From a virus, in the IMG/VR virus record IMGVR_UViG_3300035704_000001, positions 32,001 to 96,000 of that record: a DNA stretch of 64,000 nucleotides. One strand, written 5' to 3'. The notes under the pieces are model-generated. The model searched no databases, had not been told where the DNA came from, and saw nothing but the letters and a program-made list of their open reading frames with translations. The position numbers and the translations under genes were made by a program. Position 1 is the stretch's first letter. Each line of letters opens with the position of its first letter. Positions 1 to 9,900 of this stretch are shown here, one piece after another.

Positions 1-151
1 GCGGGCAGCTGCGGCCACCGACGCGGGGACGGCTGAGCTGTCCTGGCACCCGGGCGACGCGCCCGGCATCGCGGTCTGCGCGCTGCGGATGCCCACGGGG
101 GAGCCGCGCGGATACTCCGTGTTCCCCGTCCGCCGGCCGTAGTAACGGGTA

Positions 152-185
152 GGCCCGCTGCGCGACTTCCCCCGCGCAGCGGGCC
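152..185 (+). terminator. GC-rich hairpin, 13-bp stem
   Basis: GGCCCGCTGCGCG-acttcccc-CGCGCAGCGGGCC just upstream of the promoter at 196. Confidence 0.55.
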
Positions 186-195
186 CGCTGCGCGG

Positions 196-224
196 TTGAC
201 TCAAGTCAGGTAGTCGCATAGGCT
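196..224 (+). promoter_or_regulatory. SigA-type promoter with TGAC-N4-GTCA operator over the -35
   Basis: TTGACT (196-201), 17 nt, TAGGCT (219-224); contains TTGAC-tcaa-GTCAGGT. Confidence 0.8.
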
Positions 225-265
225 GGCCATGCAAGCAACCGAGGGACACAGGGAAGGCACCACCG

Positions 266-736
266 ATGTCTAGCTACCGCACCGCACGCCGGACGTACCC
301 AGCTAAGAACGCGCGCCCGGCCGGCCCGCGCGCTAACAAGTTCGCCGGCGACTGCGCCAGCTGCGGCCAGAACGTCCCCGCGAACGCGGGCATACTCACC
401 GGCCGCCCCGGCGCCTGGACCATCGCGCACGCTCCGCGCCGCTGGGTAGGCGTGCCATGCGGCGGGGACATGATCGGCAAGCCCGGCATGGGCCGCTGGG
501 TCGGCGGGTGCCCGGATAAGGCGAGCACCGACGCGGCCGAGGTCCCGGCCGAGGACGCGGCCCCGGTCGACCTGGTCTGGTGCGAGGCCGACAGCCACCC
601 GGATACCCCGCACGCGCGGGAGTCGAGCTGTGAGCGCCCGGACGCGGTAGTCCCGGGGGACGAGTGGACCAGCTACCGCCAGCGGTGCGAGGACGCCCCG
701 TGCTGCGGTCACCCGCGCTGCGGGTACACCGGCTAG
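266..736 (+). CDS. Cys-rich hypothetical early protein
   Basis: ATG preceded by CAGGGAAGGCAC motif and promoter; CxxC motifs; ends in CEDAPCCG motif. Confidence 0.75.
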   Translation: MSSYRTARRTYPAKNARPAGPRANKFAGDCASCGQNVPANAGILTGRPGAWTIAHAPRRWVGVPCGGDMIGKPGMGRWVGGCPDKASTDAAEVPAEDAAPVDLVWCEADSHPDTPHARESSCERPDAVVPGDEWTSYRQRCEDAPCCGHPRCGYTG

Positions 737-794
737 CCAGCTGCGAACGGCTAGGCCGCGTGCCCCATAACGGCACAGCGGCCTAGCTGTGCTG

Positions 795-823
795 TTGACA
801 CAAGTCAGGTGACCGCATAAGCT
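795..823 (+). promoter_or_regulatory. SigA-type promoter with operator
   Basis: TTGACA-17nt-TAAGCT; TTGAC-acaa-GTCAGGT. Confidence 0.8.
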
Positions 824-858
824 GGAGTCTCAACCACCTACCGCAGGGAAGGCACCAC

Positions 859-1419
859 ATGCCGAGCACCACCGCAACCGCCACGGTTGACGAGATCATC
901 ACGGCCATCACGCACGCCGCGACCATGGCCGACGCGGCCGAGATCATGCGCACCGTGCCCGGGGCCATGGTCCGCACCGTGGCAGACCAGCTGCACATTG
1001 AGGCCGACGGCCACGGGCTGCCATGGCTGCGCCGGGCAGCTGTCCAGGAGGCACGCGCGGGCATGGCCGAGGTACCGGCCGAGGGCCGGCCCGCTACCGA
1101 CGCGCTGGCCGCGAGCACCTGCCCGGCCGAGTGGGGCCCCGCGCACAAGTGGCTGGTCATGGCCAGCTGCCACGGGCCCGCGAGCCCCTACGGCTGCCAG
1201 CACTGCCCGGCCACGGCCACGGGCGCCATGCTGGGCATCCCGTCTGAGGACGAGATGAGGGCAGCTGTCACGATCGCGGGCCGCGAGGATTACGAGCGCG
1301 CATGCGCGGCCGGCGGGAGCTGGATGCCCGGCCGGACCATCCCCAGCACTGTCCGCACCGCGAGCGCGGCAGAGACCCCGGGCAGCATCGCCAGCACGTG
1401 CGCCATGGGATGGAGCTAG
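859..1419 (+). CDS. hypothetical early protein
   Basis: own promoter, CAGGGAAGGCAC at 844-855, hairpin downstream. Confidence 0.75.
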   Translation: MPSTTATATVDEIITAITHAATMADAAEIMRTVPGAMVRTVADQLHIEADGHGLPWLRRAAVQEARAGMAEVPAEGRPATDALAASTCPAEWGPAHKWLVMASCHGPASPYGCQHCPATATGAMLGIPSEDEMRAAVTIAGREDYERACAAGGSWMPGRTIPSTVRTASAAETPGSIASTCAMGWS

Positions 1420-1445
1420 CTGAGCAAGAGCCAAGGGACCTCATG

Positions 1446-1480
1446 AGGGCCCGTGTACCTTCCCCGGGTACACGGGCCCT
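1446..1480. terminator. hairpin, 14-bp stem
   Basis: AGGGCCCGTGTACC-ttccccg-GGTACACGGGCCCT after the 859-1419 gene. Confidence 0.6.
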
Positions 1481-1889
1481 TCCGCGTGCCACGGTAGCGC
1501 GTGCGAGCTGTCCAGGGGAGCGGACACGCGGTGATGGGCCCGGGCCAGCTGCGCAGGCCACGGGGCACGCCGGGAGCTGGCCGGGCAGTGATGAGGGATC
1601 ATGGCGGCCCGGGGGTGATAGCCCGCGCACCGCTCCGGCCGCCTGGAACAGTCGGGAGGGCAGCTCCGGGGCAGCTGGCCAGCTGCCCGGGGGCAGGCAT
1701 GGCCGGGCACGCGGGAGGGTACCGGGCACGATGGGCCGGCCGCTGGCACAGCTGGCCGGCCCGCCAGCTGTACGGGGCACCGGGGACGGGGCTGAGCGCC
1801 GCGGAGCGGCCCGGGGCAGGCCAGGACACGCGGCACAGCGCGCCGGGCCGCCCAGCGGCCCGCACAGCAGCGCGCAGCGGGCATGCGGA

Positions 1890-1918
1890 AGGGCCCGCCC
1901 CCGTGGGGAGCGGGCCCT
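1890..1918. terminator. hairpin downstream of minus-strand gene
   Basis: AGGGCCCGC...GCGGGCCCT. Confidence 0.5.
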
Positions 1919-1931
1919 AGGCCTAGCCTGG

Positions 1932-2195
1932 CTAGTCGAGCAGGTACCCGTGGCTGTCCGGGTCGGCATAGGCGGCCGGCCCTGCTATGCGCATGACCTC
2001 CGCGCCGTAGGGGTCGGACTCGCCGCTGTCCGTGGGCACGTCCACCGTGACCAGCTGGTCACGGCCGAACGTGCGGTGCGAGGACGGGCCCCAGAACGTG
2101 ACGCGCGGGCCGCTGTGGCGTACCCGGTAGATCTGGCCGACGCCGGCCATGGACATTCCGCAGGTGACGTTGCGTGCGAGGTGCGTGGCTTCCAA
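1932..2195 (-). CDS. hypothetical early protein
   Basis: minus-strand CAGGGAAGGCA motif at 2201-2211 precedes a TTG start. Confidence 0.65.
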   Translation of the reverse strand: MEATHLARNVTCGMSMAGVGQIYRVRHSGPRVTFWGPSSHRTFGRDQLVTVDVPTDSGESDPYGAEVMRIAGPAAYADPDSHGYLLD

Positions 2196-2218
2196 TGCCT
2201 TGCCTTCCCTGGTAACCA

Positions 2219-2242
2219 GGGCCCGCCCACCCGGGCGGGCCC
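2219..2242. terminator. hairpin, 10-bp stem
   Basis: GGGCCCGCCC-accc-GGGCGGGCCC between the two minus-strand genes. Confidence 0.5.
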
Positions 2243-2252
2243 GTTCGTGCTG

Positions 2253-2432
2253 CTAAGCGCGTGCCTGCTCGGCTACGAGCCGGCGGAGGGTACGCGGGCC
2301 GGCGCTCTCCCCCGTGTAGAGAAGATCGGCCGCGGCCCGTACCGCGCCGATCGGCGCAGCCGATGCTATGGCCAGCGCAGCGCTGGCCGAGTCCGCCTGC
2401 ACAAGCCGCGTGATGAGCGTGTCGCCTGACAT
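2253..2432 (-). CDS. 59-aa protein, paralogous to N-terminus of 859-1419 (not in ORF track)
   Basis: MSGDTLITRLVQADSASAALAIASAAPIGAVRAAADLLYTGESAGPRTLRRLVAEQARA; CAGGGCAGGCACC directly upstream; promoter at 2481-2509. Confidence 0.7.
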   Translation of the reverse strand: MSGDTLITRLVQADSASAALAIASAAPIGAVRAAADLLYTGESAGPRTLRRLVAEQARA

Positions 2433-2480
2433 GGTGCCTGCCCTGTCTCCCCGCTAGGCCCCGTTGGCCTAGCAAGGCCA

Positions 2481-2509
2481 ACGCTAGTCGCCTACCTGAC
2501 TCAAGTCAA
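2481..2509 (-). promoter_or_regulatory. leftward SigA-type promoter with operator
   Basis: minus strand TTGACT-17nt-TAGCGT; TTGAC-ttga-GTCAGGT. Confidence 0.8.
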
Positions 2510-2577
2510 TACCTAAGGCCCTACCTGGCAGTGACACTAGTCTCACCTTTCTTTCCTGGCCAGACTGCCCATAGCAC

Positions 2578-2606
2578 TTGACTTGTGTCAGGTAGGCGAC
2601 TAGGCT
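2578..2606 (+). promoter_or_regulatory. rightward SigA-type promoter with operator (divergent pair)
   Basis: TTGACT-17nt-TAGGCT; TTGAC-ttgt-GTCAGGT. Confidence 0.8.
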
Positions 2607-2655
2607 TGCCGTTGTACGGCAAGCCACACACGCTCACTCCAGGGAAGGCACCACA

Positions 2656-2901
2656 ATGACGACACGCACCGCAGTCAAGGCCACCGCTGGCAAGACCACT
2701 GCCCACGTGCACGCGGTACAGCTAGATGACAGTCACAAGACGACGCTGTTCATGTGGCGCCTGCTCTCCATCGGCCTGGCCATCGTGCTCTCCGTCGCGA
2801 TGAAGCGCTATGAGGAGTCCGGCCTCATAGCGCTGTTCGGAGAGCACCTAGGCGAGGTAGTGGAGTACGTAGGCGAGTGGTTCGGCCGGCTTGACCTCTA
2901 G
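2656..2901 (+). CDS. small membrane protein
   Basis: CAGGGAAGGCAC at 2640-2651; hydrophobic segment LFMWRLLSIGLAIVLSVAM. Confidence 0.7.
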   Translation: MTTRTAVKATAGKTTAHVHAVQLDDSHKTTLFMWRLLSIGLAIVLSVAMKRYEESGLIALFGEHLGEVVEYVGEWFGRLDL

Positions 2902-2914
2902 GCCGCACGCTCAC

Positions 2915-2940
2915 GGGCCCGCACCGCATGGTGCGGGCCC
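2915..2940 (+). terminator. hairpin, 11-bp stem
   Basis: GGGCCCGCACC-gcat-GGTGCGGGCCC. Confidence 0.6.
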
Positions 2941-3471
2941 TTAGGCATGCCTGCCCGTGGCAGGCACGCACAGCGCACCACAGCGCGCGGCGCGGCCATC
3001 GCTGGCCGCGCGGCCAGCCCCCCCGAAGGACATCCGGCCCCGGGCGCCGCCGGCCAGGTCCCGTCGCCGACACATCGGGAGTCCCGTTCCGCGGCCCGTA
3101 AACCGGCCGCGTAGGGTGTGTCCCGCCCGCGGCCAGGCAGAATATATATCCATGGGGCCCACCCGGGACGCGCTGGAGAAGATCATCCGCGAGCACGAGG
3201 CGGCGCTGGCGGAGGGCCAGTGCGAGCCTGTCGAGACGGACCTGGCGGGGATAATTTCCGGCCGGAGTCCCGTTCCGCCGGATGTTCTTAAAAACCCCCG
3301 CCGGCGGGGGTAAAGATTTTCCTGCCAGATCTCGGTCCGGACACAGGATGCTCGTTCCCCCGCGCCGCCCGGGCCCGGAGTATATATTCGCCGGGACCCG
3401 CGGTTTCCGGGTCGTGCTGCCGATTGGGCCGCTCGCGCGGGTCCGCCCCGCGCTCACCTAAGGAGAAACAC

Positions 3472-4257
3472 ATGCGACTACGGGCTCTTACCCCGCGGCG
3501 CCGGGTCATTGCCGCGGTCATGGCCCTGGGCCTGTGCGGAGGCGGTGCGCTCGCCGGGGCTGCCCAGCCCGCGGGTGCGGTCACGGTGACGTGCCTGTCC
3601 TGCATCCACGTGCAGAACGAGTACGCCTTCCGCGGCGCGCTCGACGCGGTGCACCAGGCGACGGCGGTCAACTCGCCGGTCTCGCTCTGGTTCGAGACGC
3701 CGACCACCACCGATGCCGGGGCTGACCTCCAGGTGGTCTCAGCCGGGACGGTCACCCCTGCGGTTGCTACCGCTGACTTCGGCGTGGTCAACCAGTCGAA
3801 GGTCAACTGGGTCGACTACGAGGGCGACTCGGTGGTCCGGTTCCACTACGACCCGTTCGGCAACGGCGGCGCCAACACCTACATCGGGCTGAACGGCCAG
3901 ATGGGCGACGGCACCTCGGTGGCGCTGCGCAAGGACAACCCGAACTCGATCTGGCAGGAGTTCATCGAAGTCCCGGTCAACGCGGTAGGCCAGCCGAACG
4001 GCAACAACAATAACGGCGGGATCAACAACCTGGGCGGCGTGGCCAACGCCTGCGGCAGCCCGGTGACCCCGACGCCGGGCGCGCAGCACTGCGTCCTGAT
4101 CGACGTCGGGCAGACCCAGAACCCGAACGACCCGTTCGTGCTGACCGACCCGGACAACGCCATCACCGGCTCGCTGGTGCAGCAGCGGGTCGAGCAGGCG
4201 GACATCAACCAGTTCGACGCGGTGAACACCGACCAGGTGTGGCAGTTCCGCAACTAG
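3472..4257 (+). CDS. secreted protein, possibly ricin-B/beta-trefoil-like
   Basis: AAGGAG RBS; Arg-rich plus hydrophobic signal peptide ending AQPAGA; QxW-like motifs (DQVWQF). Confidence 0.75.
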   Translation: MRLRALTPRRRVIAAVMALGLCGGGALAGAAQPAGAVTVTCLSCIHVQNEYAFRGALDAVHQATAVNSPVSLWFETPTTTDAGADLQVVSAGTVTPAVATADFGVVNQSKVNWVDYEGDSVVRFHYDPFGNGGANTYIGLNGQMGDGTSVALRKDNPNSIWQEFIEVPVNAVGQPNGNNNNGGINNLGGVANACGSPVTPTPGAQHCVLIDVGQTQNPNDPFVLTDPDNAITGSLVQQRVEQADINQFDAVNTDQVWQFRN

Positions 4258-4392
4258 CGCGGGCCCGGAAGGCGGCCGCTGCCCTGGGGGCGGTGGCCGC
4301 CTTCCTCGCTGCCTGCCTGGCCCTGGCCGCGGTGCTGGTGCTGACCGGGATGATGCCCTCGTGGTGAGCCGGCCCCGGCGTATACATGGGGT

Positions 4393-4599
4393 ATGGGGAA
4401 CAACGCAAGGCGCCCGCGGCGCCGGTCCGACTGGGGCCCGACCTACGTGCTGTGGTGGCTCATGTGGCTGGTCATCTTGTGGTGGCCGATGCTCGTCAGC
4501 CCGGTGCTGGAGGCCGTATGGCTGCTGGGCTGGGCCGCTTTCGGCCTCGTGCTGCTGAGGCAGCGGGCCCGCCGCCCCGGCCCGCGCGCCCGTCCGTAG
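4393..4599 (+). CDS. small Trp-rich membrane protein
   Basis: two hydrophobic segments; GTATAC upstream element. Confidence 0.55.
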   Translation: MGNNARRPRRRSDWGPTYVLWWLMWLVILWWPMLVSPVLEAVWLLGWAAFGLVLLRQRARRPGPRARP

Positions 4600-4889
4600 T
4601 ACCTACTGAGCCCAGCGGGCCCGCCGGCACGTGCGCAAGGCGGGTCCCTGGGACGGGGATGAGGGAGGGGCGGCAGCACCGCTGGCCCGCCGGGCGCCCT
4701 TTGCGCAAGGGGCCCCGGCACGTATCAGGGCCGAGCCGCGAGCTGTCCCTCCCGATTCCCGTCAGGTGGATCGCTGCACCACCTGCACCTGGCTGGCCCG
4801 GCTGCGGCTCGGCCCGCTGCTGCGGCGCCACCTCGATCGCTCCTACGCGCGGGCGCACCGGACCCCTGTCAGGTCATAATGGACGGGTC

Positions 4890-6170
4890 ATGCGCTTCTT
4901 CCTCTGCCCCGTGTGCGGCTGGTCCTCCTCGAATGAAGGCGACATCGCCGAGGGCTACTGCGGCTCCTGCCACGCCTGGACCGGGCAGCCCGGGGTCACC
5001 CCGGATGCCCCGCTCGCCTCGATGACCGGGTACTGGAACATCAACGTGAACGGGCCGGTCCTGCCCCCGCTGCCGTGGGGGGACCCGGACGCCGACATCC
5101 TGGGTGACATCCGGGCCGAGATGAACGCGGCGCGGGCCCGGTACAGCTACGCGGAGCCCGGCGAGGTGCTGCTGACGCCGGGCGTGCTGATCGACCACCC
5201 CGGCTGGACCTACGTCGGCACTGAGGGCGACGAGGTGCTGTTCCGGCTCGACGAGACGGACTACCCGCGGGTAGCGTCCTGGCGCCCGGACGTCTCGCTC
5301 GGCCGGTGCACCCTGCAGTACACCCGAGGGCAGGCGCCGGAGATCCGGGTCGGCCGCGAGGTGATGGCCCGCGCCGTCATGGAGCGCATCCGCGTCACCG
5401 ACGTCACCCGGGCGTGGAGCTGGGAAGAGCTGGCCGAGCAGGCCGGGCTGGGCTCGGCCCGGTACCGCTGCGGGTCCTGCGGGCACGAGATGGAGGTCCC
5501 GCCCGGCCACGGCCGCCTGGTGCTGTGCGGGAACCACCCGGGCGAGCGGATGCTGCGGACCATGGCCCGGGTCGACCGGGTCCCGCCGGGCCTGGGGCCG
5601 TGGGAGGCGGGCAGCATCGGCGCGGCCGCCCAGGACCCGGGCTGCCTGATCACCGAGGCCATCGAAGGCTGGCAGATCGCCCAGGCGGGCCGGGACATCA
5701 TCGCGGGCGCCGTCCTGGAGTGGGAGGCGGCCCAGGAGCGGGCCCGGGAGAACGTCTTCACCGACCTGAGGCAGGCCCTGGAGGCACGCTCCGGGCTGAC
5801 GGACGCGCAGTACGAAGAGCAGGTCCGCCGGGTAGACAGGCAGATTCGCGCGGGTTACGGGCTCCCGGCCCAGGGCGTGCTCGACCGCAACCCGGACATG
5901 ATGCTGGACACCCAGGTGGCCGCCCGCGCCCGGGAGCTGGAAGAGCAGATGCCGCCGCGGCCGCGCCGGATGACCTCCCGCCAGCATGCCCGCGAGGCCA
6001 GCGACCGCGCCGAGCAGTTCCTGAAACGGCTCGACGGCGAGGGCTACGGCGTCATCGCCAAGGCCAACCAGGTCGACGAGGAGACGGACAGCATCCCCGA
6101 GCTGCCCCTGCTCGGGGTCGAGCAGGGCGGCAACGCCGCGCGGTGGACCCCGGGGAGTCCCATCCTGTAG
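4890..6170 (+). CDS. hypothetical protein with Zn-ribbon motifs
   Basis: ATG 4890 after CATAAT; CPVC, CGSC motifs; high GC3. Confidence 0.65.
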   Translation: MRFFLCPVCGWSSSNEGDIAEGYCGSCHAWTGQPGVTPDAPLASMTGYWNINVNGPVLPPLPWGDPDADILGDIRAEMNAARARYSYAEPGEVLLTPGVLIDHPGWTYVGTEGDEVLFRLDETDYPRVASWRPDVSLGRCTLQYTRGQAPEIRVGREVMARAVMERIRVTDVTRAWSWEELAEQAGLGSARYRCGSCGHEMEVPPGHGRLVLCGNHPGERMLRTMARVDRVPPGLGPWEAGSIGAAAQDPGCLITEAIEGWQIAQAGRDIIAGAVLEWEAAQERARENVFTDLRQALEARSGLTDAQYEEQVRRVDRQIRAGYGLPAQGVLDRNPDMMLDTQVAARARELEEQMPPRPRRMTSRQHAREASDRAEQFLKRLDGEGYGVIAKANQVDEETDSIPELPLLGVEQGGNAARWTPGSPIL

Positions 6171-6188
6171 CAGGCCGATTGCACCGGC

Positions 6189-6461
6189 ATGGCCGTCCAT
6201 GTCCAGTGCGTTGGCTGCGGAGCCTGGGGGATCACCGAGGACCACGCGTTCCCCGACGCCGCCGCCGTCTGCACCTCTGCCGAGAACGAGCCCGAGGGAT
6301 CGCCCGCGGGCAGCTGCTGCCCCGAGCACGAGAGCCTGGAGCACCACCTCGCGGAAGCCCGCGAGACCGGGCTGAGCCACTGCCGCCCGCTCATCGTCAC
6401 CATCATGGGCGCGCAGCACCCGGCCGGGCCCGGCCAGGGCGTCCTGCTGCAGGGAGGCTGA
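6189..6461 (+). CDS. Cys/His-rich hypothetical protein
   Basis: stop overlaps next ATG. Confidence 0.6.
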   Translation: MAVHVQCVGCGAWGITEDHAFPDAAAVCTSAENEPEGSPAGSCCPEHESLEHHLAEARETGLSHCRPLIVTIMGAQHPAGPGQGVLLQGG

Positions 6462-6967
6462 TGATGGGCGACTCCATCCGCGCGGTCGCGGCCCGGGCGC
6501 TGGTCGCCCTCGTCGGCGTGCTGCTGGTGCTCCAGCTGATGACCGGCGCGATGACCGACCGGAACCGGGTCACCTCGCTGCTGAACTCCATCATGGCCGG
6601 GTCTACCTGGCCGGTCGTGCCGACGGGCTGGCGGCTCCGGCTGATGACCGCCAACGGCTCGGGCACGGCCAACGGCACCGAGCTGACCGCCGCGACCGGG
6701 TATACCGCGCTCGGCGCGACCATGGCCGCCTGGACCACCATCTCCGGTACCACCGCGCTCATCTCCGGGCCGTCGGTCGCCGTCTCCTGGACGAACTCGG
6801 GCGGGTCGGCCTGGACCGCGGTGACCGGCGTGGAGGTCTGGGACACGGCCGGCACCCCGCTGCGGTGGTTCTTCGGCTCGCTGACCGGCGGCGCGGTCAC
6901 CATCAACGCCGGGAACACGCTGCAGTTCGCCATCAACTCGATCGGCTTCGACGGCACCGGCTGGTAG
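6461..6967 (+). CDS. putative virion structural (tail-associated) protein
   Basis: GGAGG RBS; T/G/A-rich beta protein (LRLMTANG...GVEVWDTAG...VTINAGNTLQF) typical of phage minor structural proteins. Confidence 0.6.
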   Translation: MMGDSIRAVAARALVALVGVLLVLQLMTGAMTDRNRVTSLLNSIMAGSTWPVVPTGWRLRLMTANGSGTANGTELTAATGYTALGATMAAWTTISGTTALISGPSVAVSWTNSGGSAWTAVTGVEVWDTAGTPLRWFFGSLTGGAVTINAGNTLQFAINSIGFDGTGW

Positions 6968-6999
6968 CCCTGGCCGGCCGCTGAGAGGCGGTCCTCACC

Positions 7000-9900
7000 A
7001 TGCACGGGCTGCCGGACATCAAAGCCGCTGTCAGGCGGCTGCAGGCCCGTCAGCGCGGCTGGGGCCGCGGGCAGGCTTACGCCGGCCAGGTCATCGGGTA
7101 CCGCCGGGACGGGCGGCCCATCCGGCTGGCCTTCGGCGCGGCAGGCCCGGCCGTCGTCCAGACCAAATCCAACTCCGCGACGTCCGGGACCGCGCTCGCG
7201 GTCACCCTGACCTCCACCGGGGCCGGGAACTCGCTGATCGTCTGCGTGGCCACCAACGCGGCGACGTCCGCGAACTTCGCGTCCGGGGTCAAGACCAGCT
7301 CGAACAAGGTGCTGGCTGCCGCGAAGCAGGAGACCGACTCGGCCGGGGCGGCGGCGGAGATCTGGTACGTGGACGGGCTGTCCGCGGGGGACACCTCGGT
7401 CACGATCACCTTCCCGACCGCGCTGTCCCACCAGAACGCGGTCGCGTACGAGGTCTCCGGGCTGGGCGGCGCGGGCGGGTCGCTGGACAAGACCAACGCG
7501 GCGTTCGCTGACGGCGCGTCCCCGACCACCTGGACCTCCGGCGCGACCGGCACGCTCACGCAGGCGTCGGAGTTCGCGGTCGGGTGCTCTTCCCAGGTCG
7601 GCCTGTCGGTCGTGGTCACCCCGCCGTCCAGCCCGTGGACGAACACCTCGATCAGCTCGGCCGGCGGCATCACCGCGGGCGAGCAGGTGGTCAGCGCGAC
7701 CACCAGCCTGACCTACGGCGGCACCAACACCCACTCGGGAACCGGCCACACCGCCACCTGCATCGCCACCTTCAAGGCCTCCACCGCGACCACCACGAAC
7801 GCCACCGTCTCGGCGTCCGGCTCGGGCACCGCCACGGCGGCCGCCCCGCAGAGCCCGGGCGCGGCGGGTTCGGGTTCCGGTACGGTATCCGCGGCCGCGT
7901 CGGTCACTGTGCCGGCCGGCGTGGCCGCATCCGGCTCCGGCGCGGCCTCGCTCGCGGCCGTGACCGGGCCCGGGGTATCCGGCGCGGGTACCGGGGCCGC
8001 GTCCGCGTCCGTCCGGGTTCTTCCGGGAGTCTCCGGAACGGGCGCCGGGGCCGCGTCCGCGGCCGCGTCCGCGGTCATCCCGGGCGGGGTCGCTGCCTCC
8101 GGTGCCGGCACCGGTGCGCTCGCCGTCACCACGAGTCCGGGCGTGGCCGCGTCCGGAACGGGCACGGCATCCGCGGTCCTGGCGGTCCTGCCGGGAGTCT
8201 CGGGCACAGGCACGGGCACGGCCGGCGCCGCCGGGTCGCTCACCGCCGCCGGGGGCGTCTCCGGATCGGGCACCGGCACCGGCTCGGCCGCTGAGGTCAC
8301 CCAGCCCGGGGTGGCTGCGAGCGGCGGCGGCGTGGCATCCGCATCTGCCCAGCAGCTGCCGCAGGTGTCCGGCTCGGGCACCGGAACCGCGAGCGCGGCT
8401 CTTTCCCGGCTCCCGGGCGTGGCCGCATCCGGCGCTGGTACCGTGGCCGTGGCTGCCAGCCTGCAGCCCGGCGTCCCGGCGTCGGGCACGGGTGTCAGCT
8501 CAGCCGCCGCGCCCTCGACACCGGCAGTGGCGGCAAGCGGGCTGGGCGCTGCCGCCGTGGCCGCGCAGGCGCTCGTGCCTGTCGCGGCCGCGGGGTCCGG
8601 CTCCGGTACCGCCAGCCTCGGCCCGGCCCAGGTTCTGGGGGCGGCGGCCTCCGGAACCGGATCGGCCGGCATCGCCCTGGCCCAGCTGCCCGGCGTGGCG
8701 GCCGCGGGCGCCGGCTCGGTGTCCGCGTCTGTCCGTACCGGGCCGGGGGTGTCCGCATCCGGTACCGGGGCGGCCTCGGTGCCCGGGGTGCTCCAGCTCG
8801 CGGTGGTGGCGGGCTCGGGAGCCGGCGTGGCCGCGGCCGGGCTCCAGATCGCCCTGTCCGTGTCCGGCGCGGGATCGGGCTCCGCGTCCGCCGCGGCTGT
8901 CCAGGGCCCGTCAGCGGCCGCCACGGGCTCGGGCACGGCCAGCCTCGGCCTCACGCAGCAGCCGGGGGCCTCCGGCTCCGGCACGGGCACCGCGTCGGCC
9001 GGGCCCCCGGCGGTCACCTCCGGGCTCGGGGTCCTCGCCACGGGCTCGGGGTCGGGCGGCGCCGGCGCGGTCCTGGGGGCGGGGGTCTCCGGGGCCGGCC
9101 TGGGCACCATGTCCGCCGGGGTCACGCAGCGGCCGGCTGTCTCGGCTGCGGGGCTGGGCAGCGCGGCCGCGGCCGCGGCGCAAGACCCCGGGGCGGCCGC
9201 GGCCGGCCAGGGTCAGGCATCGGCCGCCGCCGCTACCGGTCCCGCCATCGCATCCGCGGGCTCAGGCGCGGCTGTGCTCTCCGGTTCCCTCGCCGCACCC
9301 GTTACCGCGTCCGGATCGGGATCGGCTGTCCTGGGGCTCGTACAGGGCCCGGCAGCGGGCGGTGCGGGCACGGGCACCGCGGTGGCCGCCGGCGGGTCGG
9401 CGGTCAGCGCCGGGGTGACGGCCTCCGGTACCGGCGCGGCCATCCTCGCGGCCGTCTCGCTGATCCTGATCACCGACTCCGATTCGTGCCTTGCGAGCGA
9501 GTCCGAGTTCGCCTGGCTGACCGACTCCGACGGGGCGGTGATGGCCGACGGCGGGGAGATCATCGTCATCAGGGACAGAGATTCGTGCGGGATTTCCGAG
9601 CGCGAGCTGACGGCGTGGCCCTCTGACCAGGACTCGTGCACCGCGGACGATGAGGCCATGTCGGCATGGCCGGGAGATTACGACAGGATTTCCGCGGCCG
9701 ACGGCGGGGAGCTGATCACCTTGTCCGGCGGGGCCGAAACGTGCACCGCGACGGACGCCGAGCTGCCCTTGCAGGTGTGGACCTACCCGCCGCTGATCCG
9801 CATCGGCCCAGGTGGGCACTTCGTGGTGCGGTCGCGCGAGGGCCGGGTGGTCGTGACCGGACGGCATGCCGGGGCCGACATCCTGCGGTTCGCGCAGCAG

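Noticed and set aside
196-211. Operator as an actinobacterial LexA SOS box or PafBC site
   Set aside because: Does not match TCGAAC-N4-GTTCGA or TGTCGG-type consensus sequences.
1302-2429. 375-aa plus-strand ORF
   Set aside because: Arg/Gly/Pro-rich, crosses hairpins and two minus-strand genes that have proper start signals.
7800-9450. Periodic DNA repeats resembling a tandem-repeat or CRISPR array
   Set aside because: Degenerate at third codon positions; they encode the G/A/S protein repeats; no identical repeat-spacer units.
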